DNA of 64,000 nucleotides, taken from the NCBI GenBank assembly GCA_010093605.1, contig MU004189.1, forward strand, positions 379,834 to 443,833, read 5' to 3'. Made by a program: the position numbers and the translations under genes. This DNA is from Lophium mytilinum. Lineage: Eukaryota. Under the pieces are notes generated by a model. That model worked only from the letters and a program-made list of their open reading frames with translations, ran no database searches and was not told where the DNA came from. Numbering within the stretch: position 1 is the stretch's first letter; every line of letters starts with the position of its first letter. Positions 1 to 12,043 of the stretch are shown here, in pieces.

Positions 1-801
1 GGTCGTGAATAGCGGGAACGGGAATATGTTCTTGGTTTCTCCATCCTCCTCTTCCTTGAACATCCATTTGTTATACTGATCTAGTTAGCACCCGATACGC
101 TGCATTGTAACATGGGAAACTCACCAGTGATATTGAGATTGAAAAGAAGTACCTATTGAGCTGTTAGCAACGCTCACCACGCAGACTCGAAACAAAGCTC
201 ACCATAATCCAATTAACACCGCGTTTATGAGCATGGATCTTACCATGCTCTGCGAAGCCATCTTTTCCTCCTCCTTTGAAATGCTGTGGTCCGGCACAAT
301 GCGCTCATCGAACCTGGTATGCTGCCTCTTGCGTCTCCTCCGCCGCCGCCTGTCTCTCGCCGTCAACCCCGTCTCCTCATCGTCCTCGAGTTCATCGTCG
401 GACCGCATATCATCCAGCTCGAGATCGGTGCTCTCGGTCTTGTCGGAAGAATCCGAAAGCTCCCCGTCAGACGAAGACCCGTCCTCTTCGATGCGCGGCT
501 GCGACTGCGTCCGCTGGTGCTTCTTCGCTGCGGGTTCACCGCCCGGGAGATTCGCAGCTCCTGCGCCGGCAAGTGATGCACTTCTTCGTCGGGCGTGGTT
601 CGTAGGCGGCGCTTCCATAGAATCGGCGGAGGTGAGCTTTGCTACGCGTGACGAGTGGTGGTGATGGTCCTCGGGGTCGTCCGAGGCCGGAGAGGACGGG
701 CTGGAGAGCGTTGCAAGCGGGACCGCATCAGCAGGATGCCGTGGGTCTGTATAGAGAGTGGAGGAGGAAGAGGAGGTTTGCCAGTCGTGTGCGCGGGTCA
801 T
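1..801 (-). CDS. Triose-phosphate/nucleotide-sugar transporter family protein (SLC35C2/Ymd8-like), 5' part; runs off the window start
   Basis: Acidic/low-complexity N-terminus, then LINAVLIGLW / YFFSISISL / YNKWMF across two GT-AG introns (micro-exon ~125-152, next exon from 75); this is the typical first TM segment of TPT-family transporters. Confidence 0.75.
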
Positions 802-1092
802 GCTCTCCTTGGCCGCCCTTCACCAAGTGGATGTCGGGTTAGTGCCTTGGCGGGGGAGATCAGCTGGGTCGAAGAAGTGCATTAGGGGGAGCTTCGCGAT
901 GCGGCTGGAGGTCGCGAGGTGCTGGAGTCGACAGCGCGGCGGTTAAGGGACGATATTTAGCTATTCTTTCATGGCCTAGACTGGTGTGCAGGGTGTCAGA
1001 GGTGTCAAGGTTCTCAAAACAGGTGTCCCCTTTCGTTGCTGATCGTTCCCTGCTCACGTGACTCTTAGACTGCACATCTGCATTGCTAGGTC

Positions 1093-1554
1093 TTAAGTTC
1101 GAGCAGATGGATATACCACTGCTCGCACTCCACTCTTGCTCGCTCGAAAGCGCTGTCAGGAGTGACCCAGCTAGCCCCCGGATGGTCAGTCACGGGGTAG
1201 TCGAATTGGCACCGTGTCGACCTTGACATCGCACCTAGAGTTTTGAGAACTTATAGAGGCACCCCAAATACTGGCGAACAGGAGATCGGAGTCATTCGTA
1301 GGACCAGCTGATTTCAATTGTGTTAAGTTCGGGCATACGGATATAACACTGCTCAGACTCCACTCTTGCTCGCCCGAAAGCGCTGTCAGGAGTGGCCTAG
1401 CTATTCCGCGGATGGTCAGTCAAGGGGTGGTCGAATTGGCACCGTGTCGACCTTGACATCGCACCTAGAGCTTTGAGAACCTATAGAGGCACCCCAAACA
1501 CTGGCGAACAGGAGATCGGAGTCATTCATGAGTCCAGTTGATTTCAATTGTGTT
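1093..1554. repeat. Direct tandem duplication, 2 x 230 bp, ~90% identical
   Basis: ttaagttc...atttcaattgtgtt occurs at 1093-1324 and 1323-1554; I count ~22 substitutions and no indels. Confidence 0.97.
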
Positions 1555-1779
1555 GTACATCATCTCATTTTCTAGAGCCATTCAGCAAGCCCATTACTCC
1601 AAGTTCTGGACCACGCATCTTGTATCAAAGAGTACCCCCCATCCGCTTCCGATTGTGCAGCACCACCGACTATTCAATCCAGAATCCAAGGCCATGAACC
1701 CTCAATCAGCTTTGACTTGTTTCGATGCTACGAGGTCCGCCAGCAAGCCATTATCGCCTCATCGCCCCCTACCCCATTC

Positions 1780-2642
1780 TCAGAATATGTTCTTCAACAA
1801 GGCCCTCAAGAACCCATCCTCTTTCGCCGCCTCCTTGGGGAACATCCTCTTCTTCAAGTGAGTGTACCTGATCAACTGCCACTTGGTTCTGAAGAGGTGC
1901 ACCTTTCCTCCAGTACGGCGACAGTCAAGCAGGTCGCAAATGTTGACATTGACTCGGGCAAGGGCCTATGCACAGGAAGTTAGCACTATCATCTACCATT
2001 ACTGGCTTCATGGGTACGGGATCCACATACCTTGCGACACTGTGTGATGCTCTGCGGTATAGGCTCGATCGACACCTCCGAACACAACGCCTGCCAGCTT
2101 TCCAACTTGCTGAGCGCGGCATCTCCTCCATAAGCCCTCACGAAATCAGTCTGGTACGCCTGATTGCGATACACACGCCACGCATAGGAGTTAGCGTTCC
2201 ATCCCATGAAGTCACTCAGTCTTGCGAACTCAATTTCCAGCGGCGCCGTTGGATTTGCCTCGAAACCCGGGAAGCAGGCGAAGAATTCGAAGAACGAGTC
2301 GGCATATGGATTGAGTTCCGGTCCGTACTCATAACCGAAGCAAGCGCGCCAGTTGCGACGCCAGGCCTTGGAGTTGAGACGCCAGCCGCGCTTGAGTCCC
2401 AAGAGGCCGAAGTTGATCTCCTCGCTCTTGCTCGTGTCGACCATGAAGTCATCGAAGGAGGAAAAGAAAGTCATGTTGAGATCTGCGAAGCTGATCGTAG
2501 AGGGAGGGGTAGCGATATCGCTGCCGCTGAATTGCGATGCTGGAGTAGCGGTCGGCGGCGGGGCGGGAGGCATTGAGGCGACATCCAGGGCTGCGAAGGC
2601 GGCGGCGAGTGCGTCGGTAGTTTGTCCCTTCTTTTTGACCAT
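1780..2642 (-). CDS. Fungal hypothetical protein with an internal 37-aa repeat (2 exons: 2642-2031, 1965-1780)
   Basis: ORF 1989..2642 spliced at a GTATGT...TAG intron (2030-1966) continues as ALARVNVNICDLLDCRRTG...GFLRALLKNIF*; WQALC..V.I..IP.SITQC.K..VN..DL pattern is familiar from uncharacterised fungal proteins. Confidence 0.8.
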
Positions 2643-3204
2643 GTTAGCGGGAATGATGCAGTCGGACAGATGCAGATAGCGTCACGGCAAGGCGACTGTG
2701 CTGTGAAGCTGGCGTGTGTTAGAGCGGATTGTTGTGGGGTCGGTTGCAAAACGCTGGAACATAAAGACTGCAGGTTTCCGTCGGAGAAACGTGCCTGCGG
2801 GTCTGCGGCTAATAGCGGTGTTAGGAAATATGTCTGTGATGGTTATCATCACCGGGCTACGAAATCCGTATCCGTGGACTTGCCAGTGCCAGGCTTGCTT
2901 CAACAAATTTTCAGAACTCTAGATGGTCTAGAAAGAGTTCATTGTGACCAAACTCTTACCTCAGTGGGCCAACTCGAAAGCCCCAATCAGCACCGCAGTG
3001 AACGTAATTTGGCATTCCTACAGATCTCTGACAATCCGCTGAAACCCGTCAAGCGATAGTAGGTGGTTATGCACGGATGTATTGAAAATCACTTATACGC
3101 ACATCACTATTATAAGACATCGAGCGTCATTGAAAACTTAGGAAGCAAAGAATAACTCTCACCTACTTACCTTCCAAAGGCTTCCTGGATTATTCGTGAT
3201 TCTT

Positions 3205-4618
3205 TCAAGGAGCAAGAACCCCCCTTAGGATACACTGCTGCCCATTATCTGGACAAACGTTCTTCCTATCCAGCTGCTTGTCCTCAGGCCCCGTAGGCCC
3301 ACCTACGTACTTTCGATTCCCCGCCAACTGCTTCTGTCTCTTGTCCTTGTCCGGGTACTGCTCATCGCCCCATCTGCCTTGAAAGTACAGCCAACTCACT
3401 GGCGTCCCCCCTAGAAACGGCGTGAACGAAGCTGGCGTCACCGTTGGCGGAGATTTGGGGTCTGTGGGATTGGGCGTGGACACTGCCGGATGGTAGGTAT
3501 AATACCAAGCATTGAGAAGCGGGTCGTAGAGTGGGCCAGCATTTGTTTCGTCGACAAGTAGGAAAGGTAAGGGGAGGTTGAGGTTGGGTATTGTATGGTC
3601 GTGGATTCCGGGGGTGGCGTACATTGCGTGAGAGCCGTTGGCGCAGTAGGCAAGGGGCTTTGGTCATGTCAATCTAGATCGCACTAGGTACGAGATCGAA
3701 TTGAAAGAAATAACTCACACGCTTTCCGGACTTGTCTTTCTTCAATATTCGATATTGAAATGCTTCACCATTCGAATGCTGTGAGTACCACACGTATTTC
3801 GGCTCTCCGTTGACAAAACGGACCATGTTATGCTCCCTTCCATACACGTCAGCCAATCTTACAGCTGTACAGCTTTGGGGTCCTACCAGTCCCCGACGTG
3901 GTCTCCTGCGATAAGTGAGCAAATCATCAAGTCATTTGGTCTCAGGGGAGATTCGAGAGCAGAAAGTACCTAGCTGGTTGTTCAAGACTACGCCACCCCA
4001 ATTGAAAGCAAAGAAGTAAATGTAAAACACGTCGGTTGTTTGATTTCCCTTGTCCGTGATGATGATGCAGCATGATACGGCATTCTTCGTTCTGCCCTCC
4101 GCATCGGGCGCAACTCCATTGAGCCAGGCTGGATTCGTCGTAATGTCGACATTGGATGTCAGGTAGACATCTTTTCCTTGCTTGGTCCCGACTTTGTTGA
4201 GTTGGTCGAGGTTGTCGACAGTGAGGGGAGCGGATAATACAGCAACATTTGCGCGACCAATTTGCGGACGTGTGTTAGCGAGCTGGGCGCTGATGTCCGA
4301 AGGCTTGTATTTCTCTTTCGAGGAAAGATAGACGAGGGGTGCTATGCAATGGTTAGGAAACTTTAAAGAGGGACACTTGCAAGAAGAAAATGAGGTCCAA
4401 TAGAGTGAGAGGCCTGCTCATTTGGCTTTCCATTGATACTTAGGCAAGACGTGCTTCAAGAATGATCATGAGAGAGCCAGGAGATAATGACTTTGGTTTG
4501 ATAGTGAACCCTGCTTGAAAAATAAAAGTTATCTCGTATTCTTACCGTAGTCAATCGCAAATTGTGGAACCCCATCCGGCGCAGGGCTTATCTTAGGAGT
4601 GTTTGAAACTTCGGCCAT
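3205..4618 (-). CDS. Vps62-like (DUF946-type) protein, multi-exon
   Basis: Spliced frame reads MAEVSNTPKISPAPDGVPQFAIDY / APLVYLSSKEKYKPSDI...EHNMVRFVNGEPKYVWYSQHSNG...YATPG.HDH...WLYFQGRWGDEQYP...GPTGP. Confidence 0.8.
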
Positions 4619-5973
4619 GCTGTCAAGGCAGTCAAATAGTCAGAGTATAGGAGCTGGCCGGCTATCACGCGAAGAGAAAAGCTCTCGGAAGTACTTAGGT
4701 AGTGGGCGTAGGTAGTGGATTAAGAGGATTATGACACAGTCTTGCCAAGAGAGAGGAGATGTAATGCGGACTGCGGTACGGCACCTGCCTCGAGCCAAGA
4801 GAGTTCCTGTCGCCGGCGCTCCATGCTCTCTATATACCTTCGATGTGAAGCACTTGCATGTGCCCGACGCACATCAAGACAAAAATCAGCTGTGGAGCCT
4901 TAAAAGAGACTATCAGCTGAACGGGCGCCGCCACCTGCAGCCACCACATGAAGGCAACAACAGGAGGTCTTGATTTTCCGTGAGAGGCTGACTGTCAAGC
5001 TGAGGGAATGAGAAGCACGACTGAAATACGAAGATAACTTTCAGCAGCGTATAGCGGAGATCCTTGGAAATTTGCATCTCGAATATGAGGTCCGCAGCAA
5101 GCCGTGGCTGGTTTTCTTTTCGCGCCAAGCGAAGTGTGCTGTCAAGTGCAGTCCACGAGCTTTTAGTTGTCTTTCAAGGCTCTTGACAATCGCCGGTGAT
5201 CTTAAAATTCTCGGGACCTGCAGCTCCTAACGCGGTGATGCCAAAGTAGTTTCAACCCTAGACACGTAGGGGCGTGATGTGGCATGGCTGATCGAAGCGG
5301 TTGACGACAGAGAAAGATCGAAAGTGCTAAATGATAGGTAGGGCAAGACCAGCCACCTCTGCGGCTTCGGTAAGGAGAGTCCGCCGAGGGGCTGCCAGTG
5401 AAACGTGACCATTGAGATGGTGGTGGGGTGTCGCGACTTGGACAAGCCAATATGCAAGGAGGTCGTGTTCATGTGCCAGGAGTTCCACCTACAATAAACG
5501 GATATAGTGCCGCAGTCTAGGTGATAGGACAAAAGCAGTGAAAAGCTGCTATGTGCTGTGAATGTAGGCCTTGTGAAGAAAACCTTGGGCGTCTATGGGT
5601 GATGAAAGGTGGTGTGAACGATGGCCTCGGGATCAGGGCAGGGCCATACAGGCTTCGGCTAGCGTGAAACCCCTTTCCTGTCTAACCTCCAAACGAAACG
5701 GTACTATTACTGTGTATTCCTAATCACCACATCACCGAGACGCGAACTTCGTCCCTCGAACAGCACATATTATGTTTCTAGCATTTCATGTCACACTGCT
5801 GTGGCTATTACATCTCATCGGCCACTCAAACCCACCTAGGTCGTAGATCCAAGGTCTAGGCGTCCAACGCTGTATTTATTGCAGCTTTGACTTTAAAGGG
5901 GCTATGGTATTAAATACTTCATAATATGTCGCATTGGAACGCCTGTCTCTCCTTATTCCTAGGCAAGCGCTTC

Positions 5974-7237
5974 TCATGATTCCTTCAAATGCTGCAAAAT
6001 CAGCTCCACTTCCGCATCTGCGGTCTCGATGATATGCTCCGCCGCAAATTGCGGCTTCCAGCCAATCTGCTTGCCATGCACTGCGGTAAAGGTACAGCTT
6101 GGTATTCCGTTAGTACTTATACCTTATTGTTTCTAGAGAAGAGGTCTTACAGTCCGCCTAGTTGGACGGGCACAAAGTCCTTTGGACATTCTAGCGCATC
6201 TCCCATCTTTTGAAGAGCTCCATCATCGGCCACGTGTACCTCGTCATCGTCGATGTACTTGCTCTTCGCGAGTGCCTTGGCCATGGACAAGTAGATGTCG
6301 TCCCAGGCCACGCTGCCGGGTGAGGCGAGATAGTACCCGCTCTTGCCGTAGCCAGGCTCTTTTCCGGATAGAATGGCACGCAGCAGTTCTATGTACAGTG
6401 TTGTGTTGTCGATGACATGGCATACGGGCCATATCTACCTGGAATTAGATTCGAGATTCCTGGAGCGTGGATGCTTTGAGTCACGTACCGGCCGTCCAGC
6501 GTCAACCTTGTATACTTGCCGGACCTTTATGGCTGCTTTTACGATGGCAACGGTCTGGATCGATATCGGATTGCCGAAGCCCTCTCCTTTTCCGTCTGGA
6601 TTCTGTCAGCTCTGATACCTCACTAGTAGCTTTGTGTGCTGCTTACAGACGATGCATGGCACAAAGATGTAACTTCGAACGCCTTTACCCTCCGCGTTCT
6701 CAATGACGACATTGTTGGCCTCAACCGCCTGAGATATCAGTTACACTAAATTGCCATTTGATTTGAGTGAATAAGACATACACTCTGCATCAAAGGAAAA
6801 GGCGCCCTTTGGCTCTTCTGAATATCGTACAACTTTGGATCCGTATCCAGGAGCGGGGCATCTGTGGGTGCTCCCGCATGTTCAGAAAAGAGTTTTGCGC
6901 CACTAGTATGCAGAAAATGCACCTCCTGGCCCGTTTGCTTCTTGAGTTCTGATAAAGCCTCGATGAACGTAACTTGATGCTCCCAGTTTCGGGGATCGAT
7001 GAGATAGAAGACGATGTTGATCTTGTTGTCAAGAACAGCTTTCTTAATGCTTTCTGGGGCTTCCAGATTGATGTTCAGGGCCTCCGCCCCATATTGCTCA
7101 ACGGCTTTCCCTTGTTCTTCCGTTCGAACGAGGGCATAGAGCTTCTCGTATGATGGAAGATTCGCCTCTTTCCAACGAGCGAGTAGAGTTCCTCCGAGGT
7201 ATCCTGAGCCGCCTGTAATGAGGATCCGGTTTGCCAT
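5974..7237 (-). CDS. NAD(P)-binding epimerase/dehydratase (extended/atypical SDR), multi-exon
   Basis: N-terminal Rossmann motif ILITGGSGYLG, HFLHTSGAK, C-terminal GWKPQFAAEHII...LKES*; several short GT-AG introns. Confidence 0.85.
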
Positions 7238-7899
7238 GGCTTCAGTTGAGTCTGCAGTAACTTCAAAAAGGACAAATAGAGAGAATGTAAGATAAGAGAT
7301 GGTATGAAGTCTGTTTATTTGATTTATAATAACGAATGGGGCTAGACACGTGATCGGATAGATCCCTGTCTAGGTCCAACTATATCCTCTCTCTTTCATA
7401 TTTCCAATCAATATCGGCACACCAGCTATGAAGAGGCAACTGACTATTACGAGTCTAACTCTCTGTTGATGGTGTGATGATAAGAGTATAGTGCGGTTCA
7501 CACCGACGAACTTCGGCAACGCTCACCTTCTTGTTTATGTCAGCAGTAGTGAAGTCCGAGCGATCGCCGTGCTTCCTCGTTGGTTGATGTATGCGATATC
7601 TCCTGTGAATGGTTTCACTTGCTACTCCGCAAGTAGAGTGTTAGAGCCAATCGGACACTCGTTAGACGGCAGATTTTTGTAAAGAAAGCAGCTTTCTGTA
7701 CCAAAAGGTCCGCAACTCATTCCAGAAGAGGTGAAGGAGAGTTTCGACGCATCTTAATAGCTTCCGGAGTTATTCAACCCTGGATTTCCGTTAGCCGACT
7801 TTCTCCTACTTGTCCTACGAAATGCAAGGTCCTTATACGAGATCGGAGAAACAAAACCGCTAGAGAGTAAAAGGAAAGTTTAGCGAACCGCGAGCACGT

Positions 7900-9540
7900 G
7901 TCGGAAGTAAGCACCGGCGGCGCATAGGACCATTCTTGAGCGTACCTAGAAGCAAATCCTCTTTCGCATCATGGAAAGCTAATTGTTTGTTGACTCGGAC
8001 AGAGCTTGACTTGAGCAGATCCAAGCTCGCGTGCTCAAGCCGCACAGCTTCCGGTCTCACCACGGTCCAATCAGCGCTCAACATCGGAGCCGGAGAACGC
8101 AAGTGGTATCACGCAGGACAGCTGAGTCTCAAATCAACAGCAAAGCGCTGCTCATCGGCGCTTCGAGCCTGGAAACCGCCGTTTCTCAAAGTACGAGACG
8201 CCGCAGCTGTAGATCAACAAGAGTCACTTCAGACCGGGCGTACTCCGCCCTCACTCCAGCATGATATACTCGGACTACGAACGGCACTATCCCCGTGTTG
8301 ATCAAAAGCATGGGCAAGCGGGTAGTCAGCCTATCTTGTTTCAAGAGAGGGTTTGCGCCTCGTGATTGGGACATCGCACACGTGTCGGTGTGTGAAGCTA
8401 TGGATAGAGCCGGTGCCGAACGGGAGGCCTCGTCAGATGTACACACATAGCCTCAAATAGATTGCCTTCGCCGCATGGAACTTTTAATGGGGATGATAGG
8501 CAAGACCGTCGGGGGCTTAGACTCCAAGCAACGTGGACTCGCGTGCGAGTGCAAGGTAATAGGATTGGTACTCTAACCAATGGGGCCTCATATTGAGCAC
8601 CCAACTCGTGCTACGATATGCTAGACTCGATCGTCGATGCCTGGATGGCAGACGACAGCATGATCCTGCGCTCTGCCTTCACCGGCAGTGTCGCTAATGT
8701 CAGGCTTCCAACAGTTAGCCGCCTATGGCCCACATGTGCTAATCCGGATCACCACCCTTCACTGGCTGATCATTCACAGCTACGAGGACCTCGTGACTCC
8801 TCGCATCCATCCTTCCGGCCAGAACGCGGTAGATATGCAGAAATCATGCGTCTTGCTATCGGGGTGTGAATCCTTTGGTGCCGCGGAGCCGGATGCCATC
8901 ATGTCATGCTATGGCAGGTAGAGGAGCCTGGCTGCACCACGTATGCAAGAGCAACGCCGGTATCAGTTTCTAGCTTCCAGACGCCTATCACCACAAGTGT
9001 GCCCATGCTTTTCATTCGTGCCCAACAAATCGAGTGAACCGCATGCGTAGATCGGAAGTAATAAAGAAGTGATGGAAGTGCCAAGACATGTATCGTAAGC
9101 GCAAGATTTGACCTTACTTCCTGAGGCCACAATCCAATCTTTCCAGATTAACTTGATAAACAGAAAGACTTGGAGAAGTATTGACATTTACCATACAACG
9201 TTTATCACTTGCCTAGCGCCGAGATGGAAGTTTGGCTAAAAGCACCCTTCAGCCGTCAGAACCTGCGAAAAGATAGCACTTGCGCGAAGTTTAGAGCATG
9301 CGATTAGATCCCCGCAGGCTACTCGTTGTTTGGCGAGAGGTATTCCACATCTTTTCGATACATTCGTCGGCCGGGTCTCTATTGCTGCCTCTCCTGTCGC
9401 AAACTCCAGCTAACCGGCTCTCGCTTCATGACTAGGAGAGGCTCTAGCCCTTGGGATTTAGAGAAGACAGAAGCAGGCTATATCGAAGGCCCTACCATTC
9501 CATCCTTGATTGAGACGAAAGCTGTGATAAGAAGATACTA
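7900..9540 (+). pseudogene. Possible decayed NACHT/NLR-type gene relic (boundaries approximate)
   Basis: Stop-interrupted fragments WTRVRV...TLTNGASY*...YDMLDSIVDAW...SMILRSAF and later YQFL loosely match the post-NACHT helical region (LWV.LV..L..GL.NG...MLDSI...A...L / VQFLH); no intact Walker A seen. Confidence 0.25.
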
Positions 9541-10838
9541 GAAGGCGACGCTGATCTTGCACCGAGCACTCCGTGCTTGTGAGATAAAGTACACGGGCTC
9601 TATAATGACTGAGCTCGCTCGACCGGAGGATACACGCAGAGCAGGTACACTAAAGAAGCCCGCCAATCTCTGCACAGAGTCTATGTTGCTGTAGCTTCGG
9701 ATTGTAGGAGGGAAGTGTTCTAGGGGCGAGGTAACGTAGACACCGGTACTGAGTAGCAGACAACGGTCCATTGTCCTTGGAAGCTGAACCTCTAGGTACG
9801 TAAAATTCCCAGTGATGACGAAGTCGTTACAATTTGTCAGAATGGTTGTTTTGTCGTAGCCTGGCGATTCTAACCAACGTAGTGGCTCACTGATCCAACG
9901 GACACCGATCAGAAACCCTTCAAACCACCCTTTCCAACCTCCTCTTCATTCGAATACGCACCTACCTCATCTTACAATCAATACAAGTCGAACCTCGGTG
10001 TTCTGGAGTCAGCATAACGTTGTGTGTCGTGTCGTCGGCCGTCCAAGCGCCTTCCGAAAGCGTCCTGTCATCCGGAGGGCAAATCGGCTTATCCTCCACA
10101 TTCGATCGACCGGCCATGCACAAACGACGCGTACAAAGGTTATGGGGTCAACAATAGCGTGTAGAGTAGTCGTGAAGTGATACGGAGAATGTTTTGGTAG
10201 CCGTGAGTCGACTTAAGGCGTAGGATGTGGAACTAGAAGGCTTCGCGCTTCATCAGCCGGTGCTGTGGAGATCATCAGGGTACAGAGGTAGTATGGCACG
10301 GCGTTGACGGTCGTAGGAAGCGTACTTGAAGCTTCAGAGAGGTGGTTCTGGCGCCCTGGCGTGTTTGCGTGGACTCTCTGAGGCTGTCCTTCGCGCTGAT
10401 GAACACTGACGCGGATATCAGTGTTACGGTGGACGAGTCTGAAGCACTATTTTTAAATGGAACAATGCGGAAACACGAGGCTCGAGTCGTTGTTGAATAT
10501 CAGGCTCTTTATTTTTTGAATACAACCGTGCGGTCGGGGGCGTCGAGGGCGTTAGCCGCCAGTTGTCCACCGCAATTTCTCGTCCCTGTCACTGTCCACT
10601 CATGCAATAGAACCACTTCTCTCCATCTACCATACGTATCTTGGCTATGCATGCTTCAATGATACGTCGTTTCTCGTAGAGGTTCAGCTCAATACGCCCC
10701 GGTGTTTCCCTTAGAGTCACCAATAACATTCATGATCATGCAGAATGAGCCCCATTTAGGCCAACTGTCACCGTGCCAGACATGCGCCAGAGATGGAAAG
10801 ATAAGGAGACCGACCTGCCAGATCGTGTTAACAGTCTT

Positions 10839-12043
10839 TCACCCTTTCCCCGCTTCGTTTGCCCTGATCCTCCGCTCAAGCTCCACGAGCTGCAAGCCTA
10901 AGTCGGTAACAGTCTCGTCGACGCTACGGTACCTGAGCAGCCCGAGTACCGCGGCAGCCGGAGTGGAATCTACAAGGTCCTTGGACAGATTCCCTGTTGT
11001 CGACACTGACGATGGCGTGGCTCTATCCACTATGCGATCGGCAAGCTCGGGAAAGCGATTACGCATGATATCTGAGACTGTATGAGACGGCATCATCCCA
11101 GCAGATATGACGAACCGCTTGTTGCCTGCTTTCGGTATGAGAGCAGCTTGGACATGTGCGTATGCGAAATCCTAAGCCTCGAGATCAGCATTCTAATCCG
11201 CGATGACCCGTGTATATGTACAGAGCGCGTTTCACTTACCCGGACGTCCACGTAGTAACTGACACTATCCGACCAAAGTCCGACGGTCCCAATGGGGATG
11301 TTGCTGCAAATGCTCCAGATCCGCTGATTGCCCTCTTCCAAGTCCGTGAGAAGGGTCAGTGGTCGTACCAAGGGTCCATAGACACTGGGGGCAGAGAGAG
11401 CCACAACATCAAATCCAGGCTTCTCATCGGCAAGATACTTCCATATTCGATCATTGATGAGGTCGTCGTTTGCCCGACATGTGGCTAAGAGGTACTCTGG
11501 ATCTTTTGCGGCTACGCTCTGTATAGATGACGTAGGGGACCGGGTGTTGCTGTTTAAGTCCGGCGTGGCTAGCCAACGAGCAAAGGTTGTAAGGACGCTG
11601 GTGAAGATAACCCTTCGGACTTTAGGTGCAACCGCTTGAACGCTTTGCAGGAAGTCTTTCTTGCCATCGCTCTCTTGGTTCACGAAGTGGGACAAGCTGT
11701 CAGCCTCGTCCAGGGAATCGACAGTGACGGTGTGTATCACAGTATCGAAGGGCTCCTGGGTTGCACTGAGCGCATCATCGTATGCACGAGGGACCGAGAG
11801 ATCTTCATCCGGGACAATGGCGAAGTCGAGGCCGGTGGGAGGGGTGCGGGGAAATTGCTTTCGTAGTGCCTCTTTTTCTATGTCGGAGCCTACCACGGCG
11901 CGAACGGAAACATCGAAGGAGAGAAGCTGATCGAGGATGTGTAATCCGATGAAGCCGGATGCACCTGTGAGGAGGACTCGCTTCGTGGGCATATTTCGGA
12001 CAATCTTCCTGCTGAGTCCGAAGTCCGATGTCCGCAGCGACAT
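10839..12043 (-). CDS. Gre2/aldehyde reductase II-like extended SDR lacking the catalytic YxxxK (2 exons; start may be the Met at ~11992)
   Basis: VLLTGASGFIG, VRRVIFTS, EKPGFDVVALSAPSVYGP, YVDVR / DFAYAHVQAAL...GNKRF...YRSVDETVTD. Confidence 0.85.

Noticed and set aside
9800..10700. Possible gene or lncRNA between the relic and the SDR gene
   Set aside because: No coherent ORF or recognisable structure.
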